Assembly (NCBI GenBank): GCA_013265495.1
Contig: MU058059.1
Span: forward strand, 2,021,502 to 2,085,501
Source of the DNA: Vicugna vicugna
Lineage: Eukaryota
Direction: 5' to 3'
DNA: 64,000 nt
Position 1 is the first letter of the stretch; each line of letters starts with the position of its first letter. The notes under the pieces are model-generated. The model was not told where the DNA came from. It saw nothing but the letters and a program-made list of their open reading frames with translations, and ran no database searches. Made by a program: the position numbers and the translations under genes. Shown here one piece after another: positions 49,890-64,000 of the stretch.

Positions 49890-50680
49890 TCTCCCTTGAT
49901 CTCTATCTCAGTAAATGGTACCTCCACCCACCCAGAAACCTGAGATGCTTTCTAGCCATCTCCCTCCCTTAATCCTTTCATCCGATCTCTCACTCAGTCC
50001 TGAGATCTCGCCTCCAAAATCCTCTTTTCATATCTACGATTGTCCTGTTCAAGGCACCATCAAGTCTCATTCCAGCCTCCCTGTTCCCTCCCGAGGCCAA
50101 CTTTTCATCCAACCTCTACACAGGCACCAAGAGAGATTTTTAAAGATGCAAATTGGACCACGGTAGATCCCTGATCAATGTCCTGTCATTTGTACTTGCC
50201 ATAAAATCCAAAATCCTTACCACATCTACAAGGCCTTGCAAACTCCAGCTCCACTGTCCATTCTTACCCAACGTGCACCCATGAGGGCCTTCTTTAGTTC
50301 CTGAAGATTCTGCATGCCATCCTGTCTTACACTTTCAAGCACGCTGTTTCCCCTCCCTGAAATGACCTTGATGGCTAACAGCTCCTCATCCTTCAGGTTT
50401 CAGTTCAAACACACTTTCTTAGAAAATCTTTCTCTGACTTTTCACTTTGCCTTCAGAGCCCTGACCACAGTTGACATCATAGGCACATGTGTGTGATCAT
50501 GTGCACACACAATTAAAGGCATCTCATCACACGTATGCATATACAGACATGTACCTTGTAAGTATCTACCTCCCACCCCTTGACAGCACACAGCGTATCT
50601 GCCTTATTTCATGGCTGCGTGGCCCTACATATACCATTCCTTCTGGCCCACATAAAGTAGTTAATGCTTTGAAAAGAATG
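49890..50680 (+). mobile_element. L2 3' region
   Basis: ataaaatccaaaatccttaccacatctacaaggccttgc...gctaacagctcctcatccttcaggtttcagttcaaa. Confidence 0.75.
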
Positions 50681-51109
50681 CCTTCATATCTAATTCTTCA
50701 AAATCATTAATTTGGAAACCGTGTCTCAGTTGAAATTTGTTTTATCAACCAAATGATGTAAAATGAAGTATGTGTATCCATGATTAAGAAGTGCTTTTTG
50801 GTATAAAACCAAGTTATGTTCATTAAAAATATTGTACTTGAGAAGCAAAGAGCAAACAGATGAAAGCAGACATCACTTACTTAGGTTAACACTAACATTA
50901 ACGGTGCAGACGTAATTAAACTTGCCGTCATGAGTTAAATGAATAAACAATGAGCTTGGGGAAAGAATGGCCACCACGGGCAGCGTCGTCTCATTTGCTG
51001 TTTGTCTGGTGGAGAACATTACCTGGTTGCTGCAGTCTACTTACATATGTTCCTTAGTATGTGGACTAAATAATGATGCTTCAATATGATTCATATGGAC
51101 AACATATGG

Positions 51110-51295
51110 ACAACATTTACTGAGTACTTTCTCTGAGGTAGATTTATTTAATTCTTGTAAGATCTCTATTACATAGATACTATTATCACCCCATTTTACA
51201 GGTTGGAAAACTGAGACTTGGAGAGCTGAAATTACCTGTCAGTCTAGTAATGGAAGGAGCTGGACATTGATTCCAGGTCTGATTCTACTCTTCAA
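51110..51295 (-). mobile_element. MIR SINE
   Basis: tattatcaccccattttacaggttggaaaactgagacttggagag. Confidence 0.8.
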
Positions 51296-51525
51296 CGGGG
51301 TCTCTTGGTTATGTTTCCCTGACCTGCCCCAGGAAGGGATTGGGGCTGTGACTGCTAGGGACCTCCTTCCTTTCTGCTTAGCCATCGTCTCTTCATAACA
51401 CAAAAGACTTCTTAACTTAGGGCTTGATGAGAAAAGAGAGAGGTCAAGAGACCTGTGTAGTTTGTTGATGATTACATTTACTCCTGAAGGTACTCCTGAA
51501 GGTGTATGTAAGAAAGAAATCATTT

Positions 51526-51737
51526 CGAGATTTGCAAATAATAACTACTGTATATAAAATAGATAAAAACCACATTTCTTCCATATAGCACAGGGAACTA
51601 TATCCAATATCTTGTAGTAACCTATAATGAAAAAGACTGTGAAAACGAATACATGTATGTATGTGTATGACTGAAACATTATGCTGTACACCAGAAATTG
51701 ACACACTGCAACTGACTATATACTTCAATAAAAAAAG
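51526..51737 (+). mobile_element. 5'-truncated camelid L1 3' end
   Basis: atagcacagggaactatatccaatatcttgtagtaacctataatgaaaa...atacttcaataaaaaaa; degenerate TSD ending atcatt. Confidence 0.88.
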
Positions 51738-54298
51738 GAAGATCATTAATATTTAAGTATGTCCATGGCAGTTACTGATATTGCTACCCAACATGGGTAC
51801 TGGTGAATCCTCATCTAGGACTGATCTCTACTGGGTAACTCTATAGTGATTTCTGTCTCCTAACTTATCTGTATGACGATGCTGTTAATTGGTTATTTTC
51901 CATAAATGAGGAGAGTGGGGCACACAGCATGCCTGAGTCACATGTCTGGATCAGCCAGCCTGGCACGAATGGATGCTTCTCCTCAGCTTCCCAGGGCCGT
52001 GCCGGGCACATCTATGTTGCCTTAGGGAAACATCAGGACAGGGGAATCACCGAGGCAGGGACCACTGTGGGTGAAATCAAGGAGAGTCAGAAGTCATTAT
52101 GAGTCAAAGCTGGAGGAAACGAGGAAAAGGAGGGGTGGGTGGGTGCGGGTGAAACCAGACGGGGCTGGATTTTAAAGCTCCCAGCACAGGTGCCGGGCGC
52201 AAATGGGTTCTAAGATTCTGTCTGACCTCAGTCCTTCAGCTCCCCAGCCAGGAGCCTCTGGAGCAGTCTCACTCGCTCCTGGGATGGCTTCCTCTGGCAT
52301 CAGCTTTGCCTCCTTCCTTCTCGCCGGCACCCATCCCTGCTGTCACGGTTAGAGTCAGCCCTCCTGTAACAAACCAGCTCCTCTGAGAAAGATTTTCATC
52401 TTTGAGCCCTGATGGCCAGCAGTCAAATCCTCCAGGACAGACTTTGCACTGGAGCTGCAGGGAGTGCACATCACCACCCTCCAGCCCTGTCAGAAGTCTC
52501 CCAAAGACGATCTTCGGGTTCCCAGCGGCTGATGCCCAAACTCGCAGCACTCAGGAGTCTCCATCATGGGACTCCCACTCCAGGCCCCAGCGCGTCCTCA
52601 GCTCCCCTGGGCACGTCGTTCCCAGACTTCCCTGGGAAGCGTCACGTGGGGCTCACGCTGGCAGAGAGGCTCTGTCCTTCCCGGCGGCCCGCCCCCTCCT
52701 TGCCTCCCTCTCATCCCACCAGCATCTTGCATCCGACTCTGGGCTGAGCCTCCCAGGTGGAACGCCATCTGTGACCCGCTTCCAGGCCACATCCACGTCC
52801 AGGCGGATGGTGTGGTTAACTCGTTGAGCCCACTGAGTCTGGGGCACCTTCACTGTTTAGAGCTTTGTATCCAGATATAAAGTCTATCATTTCTGACTCA
52901 GACAGGTCTACACACACCGTAGTGTGATTTCACCGATGACTTTTTTTCCCCCAATAAACGAATGCAAAGGTTTTTACACTCTGGTTCAGCTGCCGTAACT
53001 CTGTTCAAATATTTGGCTGAGAAAGACTGAAGCCAGTTTAAGGAGCATGGTTGACGCCAACTCAGCCCTTCCATAGGCATTCACTGCCTCTGAAAGTGAC
53101 AGGACATCAAGGATGAAATGAGACAGTAAACAGAGGGAAGGCAGATTTCACGTGTGGTGGCAGCTCTGTCATTTCAAGCCTCAGACATTTCAAGCTGGAT
53201 CAAAATGCCGAATGTGACGGATGAGTTCGCGTGTCCCTCATGAATTGCTTTGGCTGCTGACACAGAGCTTGCTTTTTGCACTATGTATTCTAAGTCAGAG
53301 GGAAAGAAAATTTAATGCAGGGGAGTTTAGTCTCATCCCGTGGGAACATCCACGCCCCGGGATATCCTTGTGAGACGTGGGAGTCCAGGCACACTCTTCT
53401 GAGCTCAGCCCCTCGCCGGGAGAGACAGACAACAGAGAGGACAACATCCCTGCCGGGGCCCCGGCTGCCCCGCTGCAGGACCCCCACTTCCCAGAGGGGT
53501 TCTGCCCCGACCGCCCCCCCCAGCAGAGTCCTCAGAAGCCCCAGCATTCCCCGTGTGTTAGGGCTTCAGTCCCCAGCCACTGCAGTGTTTCCTAGTTCCC
53601 TTTCTGGCTTGGTTTCCACGCAGCTTCCTCTGGAACTATTTCACTCTGCTGGGTGAAATTTTACCTGTGGAGCCAGCCACTGCCTTCTCTGATCCCAGGG
53701 CTCTCTGTGGGAGCCCTCTCCCTACTCCCACGACGCGGTTCTGGGATAATCTATCCCCACAAGCTGCCAGCGAAAACGCTGTTCTGACAGCTCCTGTTAA
53801 GTGGCTGAAGGAGATTAGTGTCACTCGCCTCTTCGCTCTTGCTGCGACTCTAATTTCAGGAGTCATGGGCAGTGCCACCTGTCCTCCACTATATTTATCA
53901 ATATATTTCGACAAGGCTAATCCCTCTACTGTACTGGGACATTGCTCAGCTGGTGTCCACAGCCTCTGGCGCCGAAGTCCCAGCGGGGCCTAAGCATAGT
54001 CGTAGGTATGTGCTTGTGAGGGACACTTGTCCAAAGATGGTACCTAAATGAGGGACCAGATCCTTTCGTGCCTTCTGTTGGTGACAGGAGCTTTGTGGCC
54101 TCGCGGATGCCACGTGGCGATGTGTGAATTGCTGGGCTCGGCCAGTGCTGCCTGAACCAGCCCTGACTTGCGGTCAGCCTGTCAGTTGCCATGGAGACCA
54201 TGTTGCAGTAGAGATAAGGATTTCTAAGTCTAAGAGCTGGAGTTAGTCCTGTTAGAGGAAGCAAAGCATCTCCTTGTATTGTTCCTCTTGAACTAAAT

Positions 54299-54445
54299 CA
54301 GGGTCAGCAAATCACTGCCTGCACCCCAAGTCTGGCTCCCTGTCTGTGTAAATAAAGTTTTATTGGGACACAGCCTCGCCTGTTCCTTCCCTCCTCACAT
54401 CACAACAGCAGAGCTGTTCGTCTGGTACACAGGATGACAGGCTTG
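54299..54445 (+). mobile_element. MER58-like hAT-Charlie fragment
   Basis: cagggtcagcaaa...gtaaataaagttttattgggacacagcc. Confidence 0.75.
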
Positions 54446-57400
54446 CACATCTGCTTGAGGCCTGACATGGCCTTCTGAATTCTAGGTGAAATTATTTTTT
54501 CTCTACCCAATCCAAATCTTTAAAATCGGGCATTTCTCCCCTGGGGAGAGGAATGTGGGTTTATTCCCAATTCATAATTTCCAATGCATCTCACCTTGGG
54601 CAGACCCCAGGGTGTGGCTCCTTTTCCTAAAATCTCTGCACATCTAAGCTCAGGTTCATCTAGGTTTGGCAAATACTTTAGTTTGGAAAATACCAGCTTC
54701 AGTGATTTCTGTATTTAAGGTCCCACTTTCCAGGTCACTCTAGCACCTAAAACATTTTTAAAAATACAATACCCATAATTTGTACCTGTTTTATGTGGAA
54801 TCAATTGGGTTTTGCCATGGTGCTAGAGACAAAAGCTTTGAACTGAGACTTGGAAATGTCGACTTACACCTCTAGCTTTCAAGTAAATTCATAGGGGTAA
54901 AACACACAGTTTTAACGTGAATATTTTTGGCAACATTTCAGAAATAAAGATTTTTTTAAATGTTTATTTTCTTTGCTCTGATTTTAACAGTATTCTATGC
55001 TCACTCCAGACACTGAGTGAAATGGGAAACTATTAATAAGGAAGTGGATGCCACCACTAATCTCACCACCCAGAAGTAGCCACTGCTCATATTTTGGTGT
55101 ATCTACTTTCACCCAGCCTTGATATGCTATTCTCTTTTTAAATAGTTGAAAATGCATTGTTTCAAGTAGATTTACTTAATTGGAAGATGATCACTCTCTT
55201 TTGAGGTGTAAGTCACAGGACAGCATCCTTTCTCTCCTTTTCTATTCTGAGGTCACAGCAGATCAGTTAATGGCTTGTAAGATATACATTCCTCAATGTA
55301 ATCTATCCTGGTGGATCTAATCAAAAGAATCCACTCAGAAAACCGCGAGGGAGCAGTAACTGAAGAAACAGCGCCACTCAGTGAGGGGCGTACCGTGTCC
55401 AGCTCTAAAGGACACGGCCGTCGCTTAAACGCTGTGTAGGCTGCGTCTGAGCTCCCTGAAACAGACAGGGGGAGATGGAGTTACGACTGGGATCAAAAGG
55501 GGCATCTGTATTTTACAAATGAAAACGGCTTCCATATAATAACCTAATTACAATGACAGAAGTTTCACATTAGCCTAGACCTCTGTGGGCCTCACTCAGG
55601 GAAAGAGCTGCACCCACCTCCAGTCCCAGGAAGAAATCTGAACGTGCCTGTCTTGACTCCTTGGGTTGACAGGGACTTCTTACCCAAGATGCTAAAATCT
55701 CTGAAACCTGCAATTGAGCCAAAATACTTGGGTCCATAACCATACATTCCTCTCCTCTAAAGCCTTGAAAAGAGTCTCCTTGAGTGAACATGGACCCAAC
55801 TTTCTGGTGGGTGAAGGAGGAGGGGGTGCAGAACATCGGAAGAGGATTCCAAAGAAAGAAACCAAGGCCACAGGTGTCAGCAAGACCCAGGAAAGCCAAG
55901 CACCTTTCGTGAGAACTCAGGGTCACAGAAGGTGGAGTGAAGTCCTAGGCGGGGGCACCACCCTTTGACTCTGTGGAGCCAGAGTAAGGGTAACAGCCAC
56001 TGAGCTTTACTGAGGGTGAACAGGATGTCCTTCCACTGGCTCTGGTGTCACAAGGTCAGAATCCAGCGCTAGCCAGCGACTGCCCGGCTGCCTGAACTCA
56101 CTAGGGGTGCACACCCTCCCTTGTCCAACACGATGACAATGATGCCTATCACTGCAGGGTGCCGGCGGGACTGAAGAGGACCTCTCCATGCACCCAGCAC
56201 GAGGGGAACAGCAGCAGTTCACAGGGCTCTGTAAGTCTGTGAGCTCTGCAGTCACACCTTGAGCATCACTGCCTCTGATGCAGCGAGGACACGGCAGTTC
56301 TGCAAGTCGTCACTGAGTGAGTGGACAGCGTGTTCAAGTAGAGGAGTCAGTCTTGGAAGACGGGGGTAAAATGTGCACTGATGTCCCACCAAGAAGCTCT
56401 CAGTGGGACCAACTTTGCAGATGACTTTTGACTGGGGCGTTCCAACAGCTCCAAGGACCAGAGTTGCCCACCCTCGCCCGCTGCAGCCTCAAGTATCTGG
56501 AACTGCGGGTGGCTGCTCACGTCCATGCCTTTTGCCTGTGTCCTGACTCTGTCCACAAGACCGAGCAGCTGTCCATCCATACTAGCTTTTGATGCACCCC
56601 CACCTCCCCTTGCCTCCTTCCTGTTGACACCTCAACCTGTCCCGTCTGCCCCACTCACGTAGCCAGGGATTCCCCGCCTGTACGTGCCACCCGTGGGGAA
56701 GAGGGACCTGCTGGAAGCAGAAAGGAAGAAGTACATTTGCAGGTGTGGCAAAAAGTTGAGCTCCACTGTGAAAACGATCAAATAGTTTTACTAGGGGGCT
56801 GATTTAATAAATTACAGCCCTGAGTCAGGAAGGTGATGCCAGATAAATGAAATTTTTAACAGGGTGTAATAATCCCTCCAGTAAGGTTAGAATGTTCGCA
56901 TTTGTTAATCCAAAGCACTCCCTGATGAGACAGCTGAGTGGCTGCACACGCCGGAAGGCTGCTCGCTAAATCATGGGATCCCCTCGAGTCAGGGAGGGCA
57001 GGTCCTTCTTTCTGGTTCTCCCAGAGAACCTGGCATGCTTTCTTGTAATTAACAAACCATAGGTTTAAGGACCTAGAAATTTACTTTCTCTCCCTCACGG
57101 ACAGAATTTGCACAGGCCTCCTGCAAGCTCCTTTCTCAGGTGAAGGATGCTGGTAAAACATGTCCTTTTATCTCCCACCTTGCAATTTGGTACCTGCTGT
57201 GACCGGAGGAGGCAGACAATAGACATTCCCTGGCATGATGGTTGTGTTGCTTGTTCACAAAGCTGGGATCAGCTGAAGCGTTGTCAAGTTTCAGCTTTCT
57301 ACTGAGCAGCTTAAAAGGAAAAGAAAGAAAAGGAGAAATAAGACTTTATTCAGAATTCCCAGGGTCACGATAAATAGAGTTGTTATTCCAAGACCAAACT

Positions 57401-58258
57401 GCTTAATCAACTCACACCACCCGTATTAATTTGTATATTAAGTAGTTGGTATCTATTTCCGGATTATTTTCGTTTGACAATCAAACAGTACTACCTCTAC
57501 GGGAGATAAAAACAACTGAACTACCGCTGTTTCCCAGGGGCCCCTCCACTGGCTGATACGTTCTTCTACAGCACAACTGCAAACTCACCGAGAACCAGGC
57601 TGGCTGCATGTGACGTGGACGGGTTTTTGTCCTGATACCAGCCAAACACTCTGGGGCCCTCCCCACTGCTGCTCCAAACTCACCACCTGTGTCTCCCACT
57701 TGCAAAGAAAAGCTGGAAACAAAACGGGAGCCCAGAGAGATGGCTCTCGGCACAAATAATTCCTTGATCGATTCCCTGGGGTGAATTTTAGGGTATGGGT
57801 CAATGCATTTAGGTTATGAAAATTACCTAATTAGCCAGACCCAGATAGCATCCACCTCCTTGTTGATGGCTCCTGAGCTTCATCTGTGGCATCTGGGGTT
57901 GATGGAAATGGAAGATGCCAATTATACAGTTTGGGGCAGTGGCCACACATCTATCAAAGGCTGGAAATTAATCAGCTCTGTAATTTGCAAGCCAAGTAGG
58001 GCTTTGTCCCAGCCTCCAGAGGTCAAAGGCTACCATTTTACTTGCTACATCACTGAAATGTTTCTGTTTAGACAAGGAGTTGGCAAGAAGTATACTCCCT
58101 TACTTTGTAGAAGTGTCACCTAAAACAGCCATTTTAAGATGCTCTAGAATGGCAGATAAGGGCAAACTATCCCTTGTCTCGTGGCTTCTGAAATCTCAAG
58201 GGATGCTGGAGTCAGGAAAGCTGTAAAATGAGAGATTTCCTGGGACACCTGATATTTT

Positions 58259-58280
58259 GTGTGTGTGTGTGTGTGTGTGT
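58259..58280. repeat. (GT)11 microsatellite
   Basis: Perfect run. Confidence 0.95.
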
Positions 58281-60208
58281 TGGTTTGTTTCAAGATCCCT
58301 GAACAAAATAAAGAAGTTTTCTGAGTAACATGAATCCTAAGAAAATTCTGACACATGTGTACAAGTTCTGGAGCAGCTTTACTTCCAATGTCCAATTTAT
58401 CCCTGACTCCACTCCCAGGACCACAAATATTCCTCTGGGAGGGAAAGTCGGTGCTCCTGGTCCCAGAGTGCTGAGCAGTCTGAGGAACTGTGGGCTAATA
58501 GTCAGTGTTAATCAATATCACAAAAATATCTATTATGAGTGACATGCTTTGATAGCCTTTAATAATTTTTTTTTGAGATTTTCCTTAAGGAACATTTCTC
58601 TGGCCCAGTAAGCCTTCAATTATCACTGAAATGAAAATGTCCTATCAGCATAGAAATTAATTTGACTTTATAGGCTCCTATTGCAAATGATGTGTGAACA
58701 CATTTGGAAGAGGAATTGGGGTCAGCTGATATCCTGGTTAAAAAGGAGTCACCAGATGTCCCCTTGAGCCAGGCTGGTGTGCGATTTTAGGAAATGGGGT
58801 AATACACTTGACACTAACATCTCACTGAACATAAGCCAATCTTTGATGGATCAGAAGCACCTTGGGACCTGGTGGTGTCTGTGGTGATAACTTGATTCTG
58901 CCTGTGTGTCAGCAAATCAGGATGAGTATTTGGTAGATAGTGGAGAGAGACGGCACGAACACACATAGACCATGATGGGGAATTTTACTGGCAGTAGACA
59001 GAATAAATCACATATCCACCGCAAGCTGTGAAACAGGTCTCACAGGAATAAAAAGAGCAGGAAAATTAGAAAAGTTGGAACCTAACAGAAAAAGACCCTC
59101 TCACATTGGAGATGAGAGCGTCAAGTTATCCCAGAGGTTAAACACATCGCTGGCTTTGTAAAGAGGGCTGTGGCTCTTATGGGCCCCGCCCCACCCTTTC
59201 CCAGGGTTGCAGGGTGAAGGAGCTGAGCTGGTAGGTAAAGGACCAGGTATGCCTGCCCTCCTCCCGGCTGCACAGGTCTGAGGTCCTGAGCACACTGGGA
59301 TGAGGAGTACGTGGTCTGCCGCCACCCCTGTCTTCTGTGCTTCCTTCGCCCCCTTGACGTGATCGCCACTGTCAACCCTTTCTGTATTTTTATCTCTAGT
59401 TCTTCCACGCTAGATCTAGATACACCCCCGCACACACATGCGTGCACGCACACACACGCACCACTCCAAAACTTGTTTCTGGAAAGAATGTAATTTCAAC
59501 CCCCTTGCTGTCTGGAGTAGCACATATGAGTGTGTTTTCTTGTTTTCCATGGTATTTGCATTTTAATTCTCACCTTTAATTTTTCCTAAAAGAGCTATGA
59601 CTCTTTCTTAGAGTTTTCAAAACTGATTAAGAAAGGCGGTCTTTTTCTCCACACCTGTAGAGGGGTTAACAAATTTCATCATCACCAAAAACCAAAGGTC
59701 CTCCGCAGCCACCGTCCCCTCCAATTCCCCAAAATGGCATCTATAAGCTGTCAATCGCTTCACCTCCTCTTCAGGTTTGGTATGGTTCTTGCAAAAAAGT
59801 ATTCTAAGACCCCCTCCTCACTCTAACATCTTTGGATTCCAGGGGATAGATTCCTGCAATCTTATTCTGTCTAATCCACAGCCATAATTATTTGTTTCCA
59901 TACACTGACTGTTCGTTTTCGGTTTCATCTGCCAAGAGTTTTGCTGGAAAGTCTGGCATATTTCTAATCTTTGCTTGAGGTATCTCTTCAAAGACCCAGA
60001 TGCTGGAGAACATAATTCTCTTGGAATCACTTGAACATGTGGTAAGTTCACCTGCTCTGAGCTGGGCCAAAGATCTTATGGAAACTAGGTGACTTAGACA
60101 GTCACGCATAGATGGCTTCCTACAACGTTAACATAGAATGTATTGTCCACAACTGTACCACGTTCAAAGTATCTGCTTTGACATACCCACAACGTGTAGG
60201 TCTGACAA

Positions 60209-60227
60209 TGGACAGCAGGTGGCGCTC
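60209..60227 (+). promoter_or_regulatory. CTCF-binding motif
   Basis: tggACAGCAGGTGGCGCtc, strong match to the CTCF core. Confidence 0.55.
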
Positions 60228-60855
60228 TGGTCTTAGGATTCCAGCTCTCAAGTGAGGCAGCAACGAAGGAAAATTTCAGGTGCGTTTAAAAATTTATGCC
60301 TTTTTTTTTTCTCTGCCAAGCAAGAAATGTACTCCATTTTCTTTAATCAGGTTCATTTGCTTCCTACTGCGTTACTTCAATTGGGTAATAGTCAACCAGA
60401 CTTCTCCCCTGGCTGTGTTCTTTCCTAGAGCCGGGTATGAGGTGTGAGATTTGCCAGAGGTGGCTGTTAAGTGCAGATCTGGCAGACGACCGAAGGGATG
60501 TATTTACACACAGAGCCGGGTGTCCATCCCAAGAATTCCAAGTAGCCTCATGCAGACACCCTCTTGACTGGGGGCATGTTTGCCCTAAGTGTGGAGCCTG
60601 TGCTACCTTGTCTGAAGCCACGGAGCCCAGAGGAAAGAGACTGTGAAAAGAGCATCTCCAGAAAGCTGGGTGGGAGTCGATCTCAAGCAAGGGAGTGTGC
60701 TGGGGACAGTACCCCTGGCACCCTGCTGGCCTCCCAGGGGGTACCTGTGCTCTCCTCCACTGGCAGAGCCCGAGAACTGGCTCATTTATTTATTCATGCA
60801 ATCATTCACTCAGCAAATACAAGGCCGCCTATGTTTCCCAGGGGGTACTTGCTCA

Positions 60856-61370
60856 TGTGTCAGTCAGGGTTCAATCAGGAGACACAAACGACACTAGCTA
60901 TCTTAAGAGAGAGAGAATTGAATCTAAAGAATTGTAAACGATGCATAAATTGTTAACCTGGTGACCAAACAGACAGAAGATCAAGGTGCCCTCCTGAGGT
61001 GGTGACAGAGGAGTGGCTGGCCCCCCAGGTGGCGGGGGTATCATTCCTGAAAGCTTGCACCAGTCCTGCTGGGTCTCAGCTCTGGGAAGGCTCTGCTCAG
61101 CTGGTGCTGGTCTCTGAGCCTATGTGATGAGAGTGGTTCTGTGAGTGTTAGAAAGACTATAAACTGGCTCATTCATTTATTCATTTGGCTGCTGCTGTGG
61201 AGGGGAACTGCCACTGCCAGGAGGAAGAAGTGTAGCCAGGGGAGGCTCAGAGGACTGAGGAGCTCTGGGGGGTCAAGTCCCCCTCACTCCTCCCTCCAGG
61301 GCCCCCACCACCACCAAAACCCACTGGCAGAGCCTGGCAGCGCTGGGTCAGAGCAGTGATGGGTGGGATG
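60856..61370. mobile_element. Ancient LTR (LTR78/LTR79- or MLT1-like)
   Basis: tgtgtcagtcagggttcaatcaggagacacaaac...agagagaattgaat start; family uncertain. Confidence 0.55.
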
Positions 61371-64000
61371 GGTGGGGCTCGCTGCCTGGCAGGCCGGGTG
61401 TGGAGACAGAGCTGAGTCATTGGAACTTCATTCCCACCCCCACGGGCTCAACCCAGAGGCGAGCAGGACTCATTTCCTTTCACTGCTCCAAAGAGACCTA
61501 AAATGTCACTAAAAGTGGCATAACTTACTTCCTCTCTTTCGCTTGAACATTCAAGTGGAATTTCCTCACTCTACCTTTTAGCTTCCCTCCCCTAACCCAT
61601 CATTACACCCTCGTGTTTTCTTAGCCTGGTTTTACTTTTCATGAAATTCAGATACAAGACCAGGAAAAGTATGTCAAAATGTCATTGTGGATCTTTTGTT
61701 AAATGTAATTGGATGTGTTGAATTAATGCACTTTGAAACTAGACATAGCTCCACTCTTCCAACAGCTTTCATTACAACGGTAATGTCTTGTCAGATCTAA
61801 TCAATTTGACACATATTGGCATTCCCATTCTTAGTCAGAATGTTGACTTATGCACTTTTTAAATAAAAATCAAGCAAAGTAGAAATGGAAGATTTTGGGA
61901 AGGTTTGGGTCCAAAGGAGAGAAAATATAATTGAATGGGGAGTTTTTTTTTAAGACCACTGGTCATTGCTTTTCATCTAGGAAATGCATTTATCCAAGGA
62001 GAACAAGGATCAATGAACAAACACCAATCAAAACTGTACAGTGGTTGAAAGCTAGAAAGGCAGGTGGTTGGTGGAGAAATTGGACCAAACTAGAAATACT
62101 GAAGATGGAGGTTGGGCTGGGCATTTTCTGATGCCTCTACCCCTGGAGGATACCTTGATCTCCTTCTGTCTGTTTGGTTACCCAGTTAACAATTTATGTC
62201 TCATTTACAATTGGATAGATCCTGATAGATTCAGAAACCTCTTGGTCGCAGACCAGAATTAAAATATCCTGATAGGGTCTTTAATGTACAAGGGACAGCT
62301 GAGGTAACCATGGGGAGGAAATGACTGCCTTTTTTCACTAGCGTGAGCCAGAAAATCCAAACCAGAAGCAAGCGGAGGATGTCTTCTTCCTGTGGACGAT
62401 ATTAACTGGGCCACTTTTCATGCAGTCAGTCTGACTCGAGTCTTTTATGAAATGTGAAATTTAACGTTCGTCCCTGAAACGAAGAGTCGTCTCTTTAAAA
62501 GTTGTTCACCATGTCACTCAAGGTGTTAGTGCTCACATGGGATGGGTTGAGAATGGCTCCATCAATTCTGTCTTCCTACGGGTTCCAGATCTGCAGGAAA
62601 AGAACTTAGTCCCTGAGACTTTAAATTGTTTTGAACAGTACTGGTCACAAACAGACTTTTTCTCTTTGCTTTATTTCCCACGATCTATTCTCTTTCCTGG
62701 TTTTAATCTGTCTTAAAATGCACTGCATTATGGGTTTATAAATGTAAAATAATTTCATAAGTTGCAGAGGGTTAGCTAAATGCTTTATTATTATTTCCCA
62801 CTTGTAATTTCTTGAATAAGTTTGTTCCTTGTAAATACTGAAAAGTAGAAAGGTCCGTTAGCATCATTGGCCAGAACAACAGTCTGGATGGAGGCCACCT
62901 GGGCCACCTGGTCACAGTGTTTCTGAGCAAGGACAAGGCTGAACCCAAGCAGACCAAATCTGCAAGGCTCTGGTCCTTTCATTTAGGTAATGAATGTATT
63001 TGATATCCACGCTGAGAGACACTGAATGACAATGCTTAGTATTTGCGTTTCTTAAGTGCTATTACACAGATAATCTAATTTTTTTATCATAATAATACTG
63101 TGAGGTAGGAAGACCAAACAGTAACAATGATGCCACTGGACCACACTGGAAACAGACATACTTCTCCCTACGGCTGTGACAGCCAAGTGCCCCACTTTGG
63201 CCAAGACCAGAATTAGTGTAGAGCCTGGCCCTGATCATGCTTGAACAGTAAGACAAAAAAGAAACAGTAAGACAAAAAGAAAAACCTGACACCTTCAAGA
63301 AAAGTAAAAATAAAGCATGTCCAGCTATTCTAAATGTCTGAAAGGGGAAGAGGATCATTTTCTCCTGTCACTTAGAAGTGCCGGGGTTCTATGTGAGGAT
63401 GAACTCTAGCCTGATCAGGGACCACAACCACCCAGCGCCCTTGGCACCAGGGAGCACACCAAGGATGCCGGTGAGCCAACACAGGTGCCCTAGAAGGTTC
63501 TCTATTTCTCTAAGTCCTATCTCTTTGACTAGACTAGAAGAGTCTTGGCCAGAAACTAAATGCTGGAGAGCCACACACAACCACTATGGCCACTCTGCCT
63601 GGCAGCCTAGCTCCTGTGAGGCTGACTCAGGACATCACCTGGCCACTTCTGCCCCGCTGCCAGCTTTCCCTGGCATATCCAAGCACCACTCCTGCAGGGG
63701 GAGGGAAAGAGGCAACCCTCCTGTAAGGCAGGGTCCCACCATTCCACGCCCCCACCACCACCGTCTTCCCCAGGGACCACTCTTCAGCCTAATGCATAAA
63801 TGAATCAATCGTGTGCGTGTGGACTCATGGGACTGGGAAGACAGTAGGAGAAATGCCTGCAGGGAAGGCTGGGTGCAGTGATGCAAATAATGTCATCATT
63901 CCCTTTCTCTCTCTCTCTAGCTTGCCTTTGCTTATGTTGGTAGGATGGCTGGTTCTTTCCCTTCTAATTCAAATAGATTATACCCATGTGGCGCAGGGCC

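Noticed and set aside
51479..51502. Short tandem duplication (tactcctgaagg x2), with similar cases at 3295 and ~63244
   Set aside because: Ordinary slippage duplications with no spacers; not CRISPR-like.
62068..62262. ORF containing NTEDGGWAG, resembling an oxidosqualene-cyclase QW motif
   Set aside because: Isolated short match with no flanking similarity.

Overview
Mammalian genomic DNA, almost certainly camelid: two tRNA-derived SINEs match the camelid Vic-1 family. The only confidently coding feature is the single-exon LRRC30 ORF (38522-39418, +, 298 aa) in a CpG-rich patch. The rest is typical eutherian intergenic sequence: L1 fragments of several ages, L2, MIR, MaLR/ERV LTRs, hAT and Tigger DNA-transposon relics, and microsatellites. 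Repeat family names are from my recall of consensus sequences and their boundaries are approximate. No rRNA, true tRNA, CRISPR or prokaryotic-type system is visible. The best leads are: (i) a speculative + strand micro-exon gene at ~19.3-24.6 kb whose first three exons splice in frame into a basic CxxC-containing peptide; (ii) two local duplications at 23.4-27.5 kb; (iii) three structurally atypical retrotransposition events, namely a 3'-truncated L1 with a perfect TSD, a SINE-L1 composite inside one TSD, and an L1 nested at the homologous position of an older L1; (iv) strong CTCF motifs. None is proven from sequence alone.
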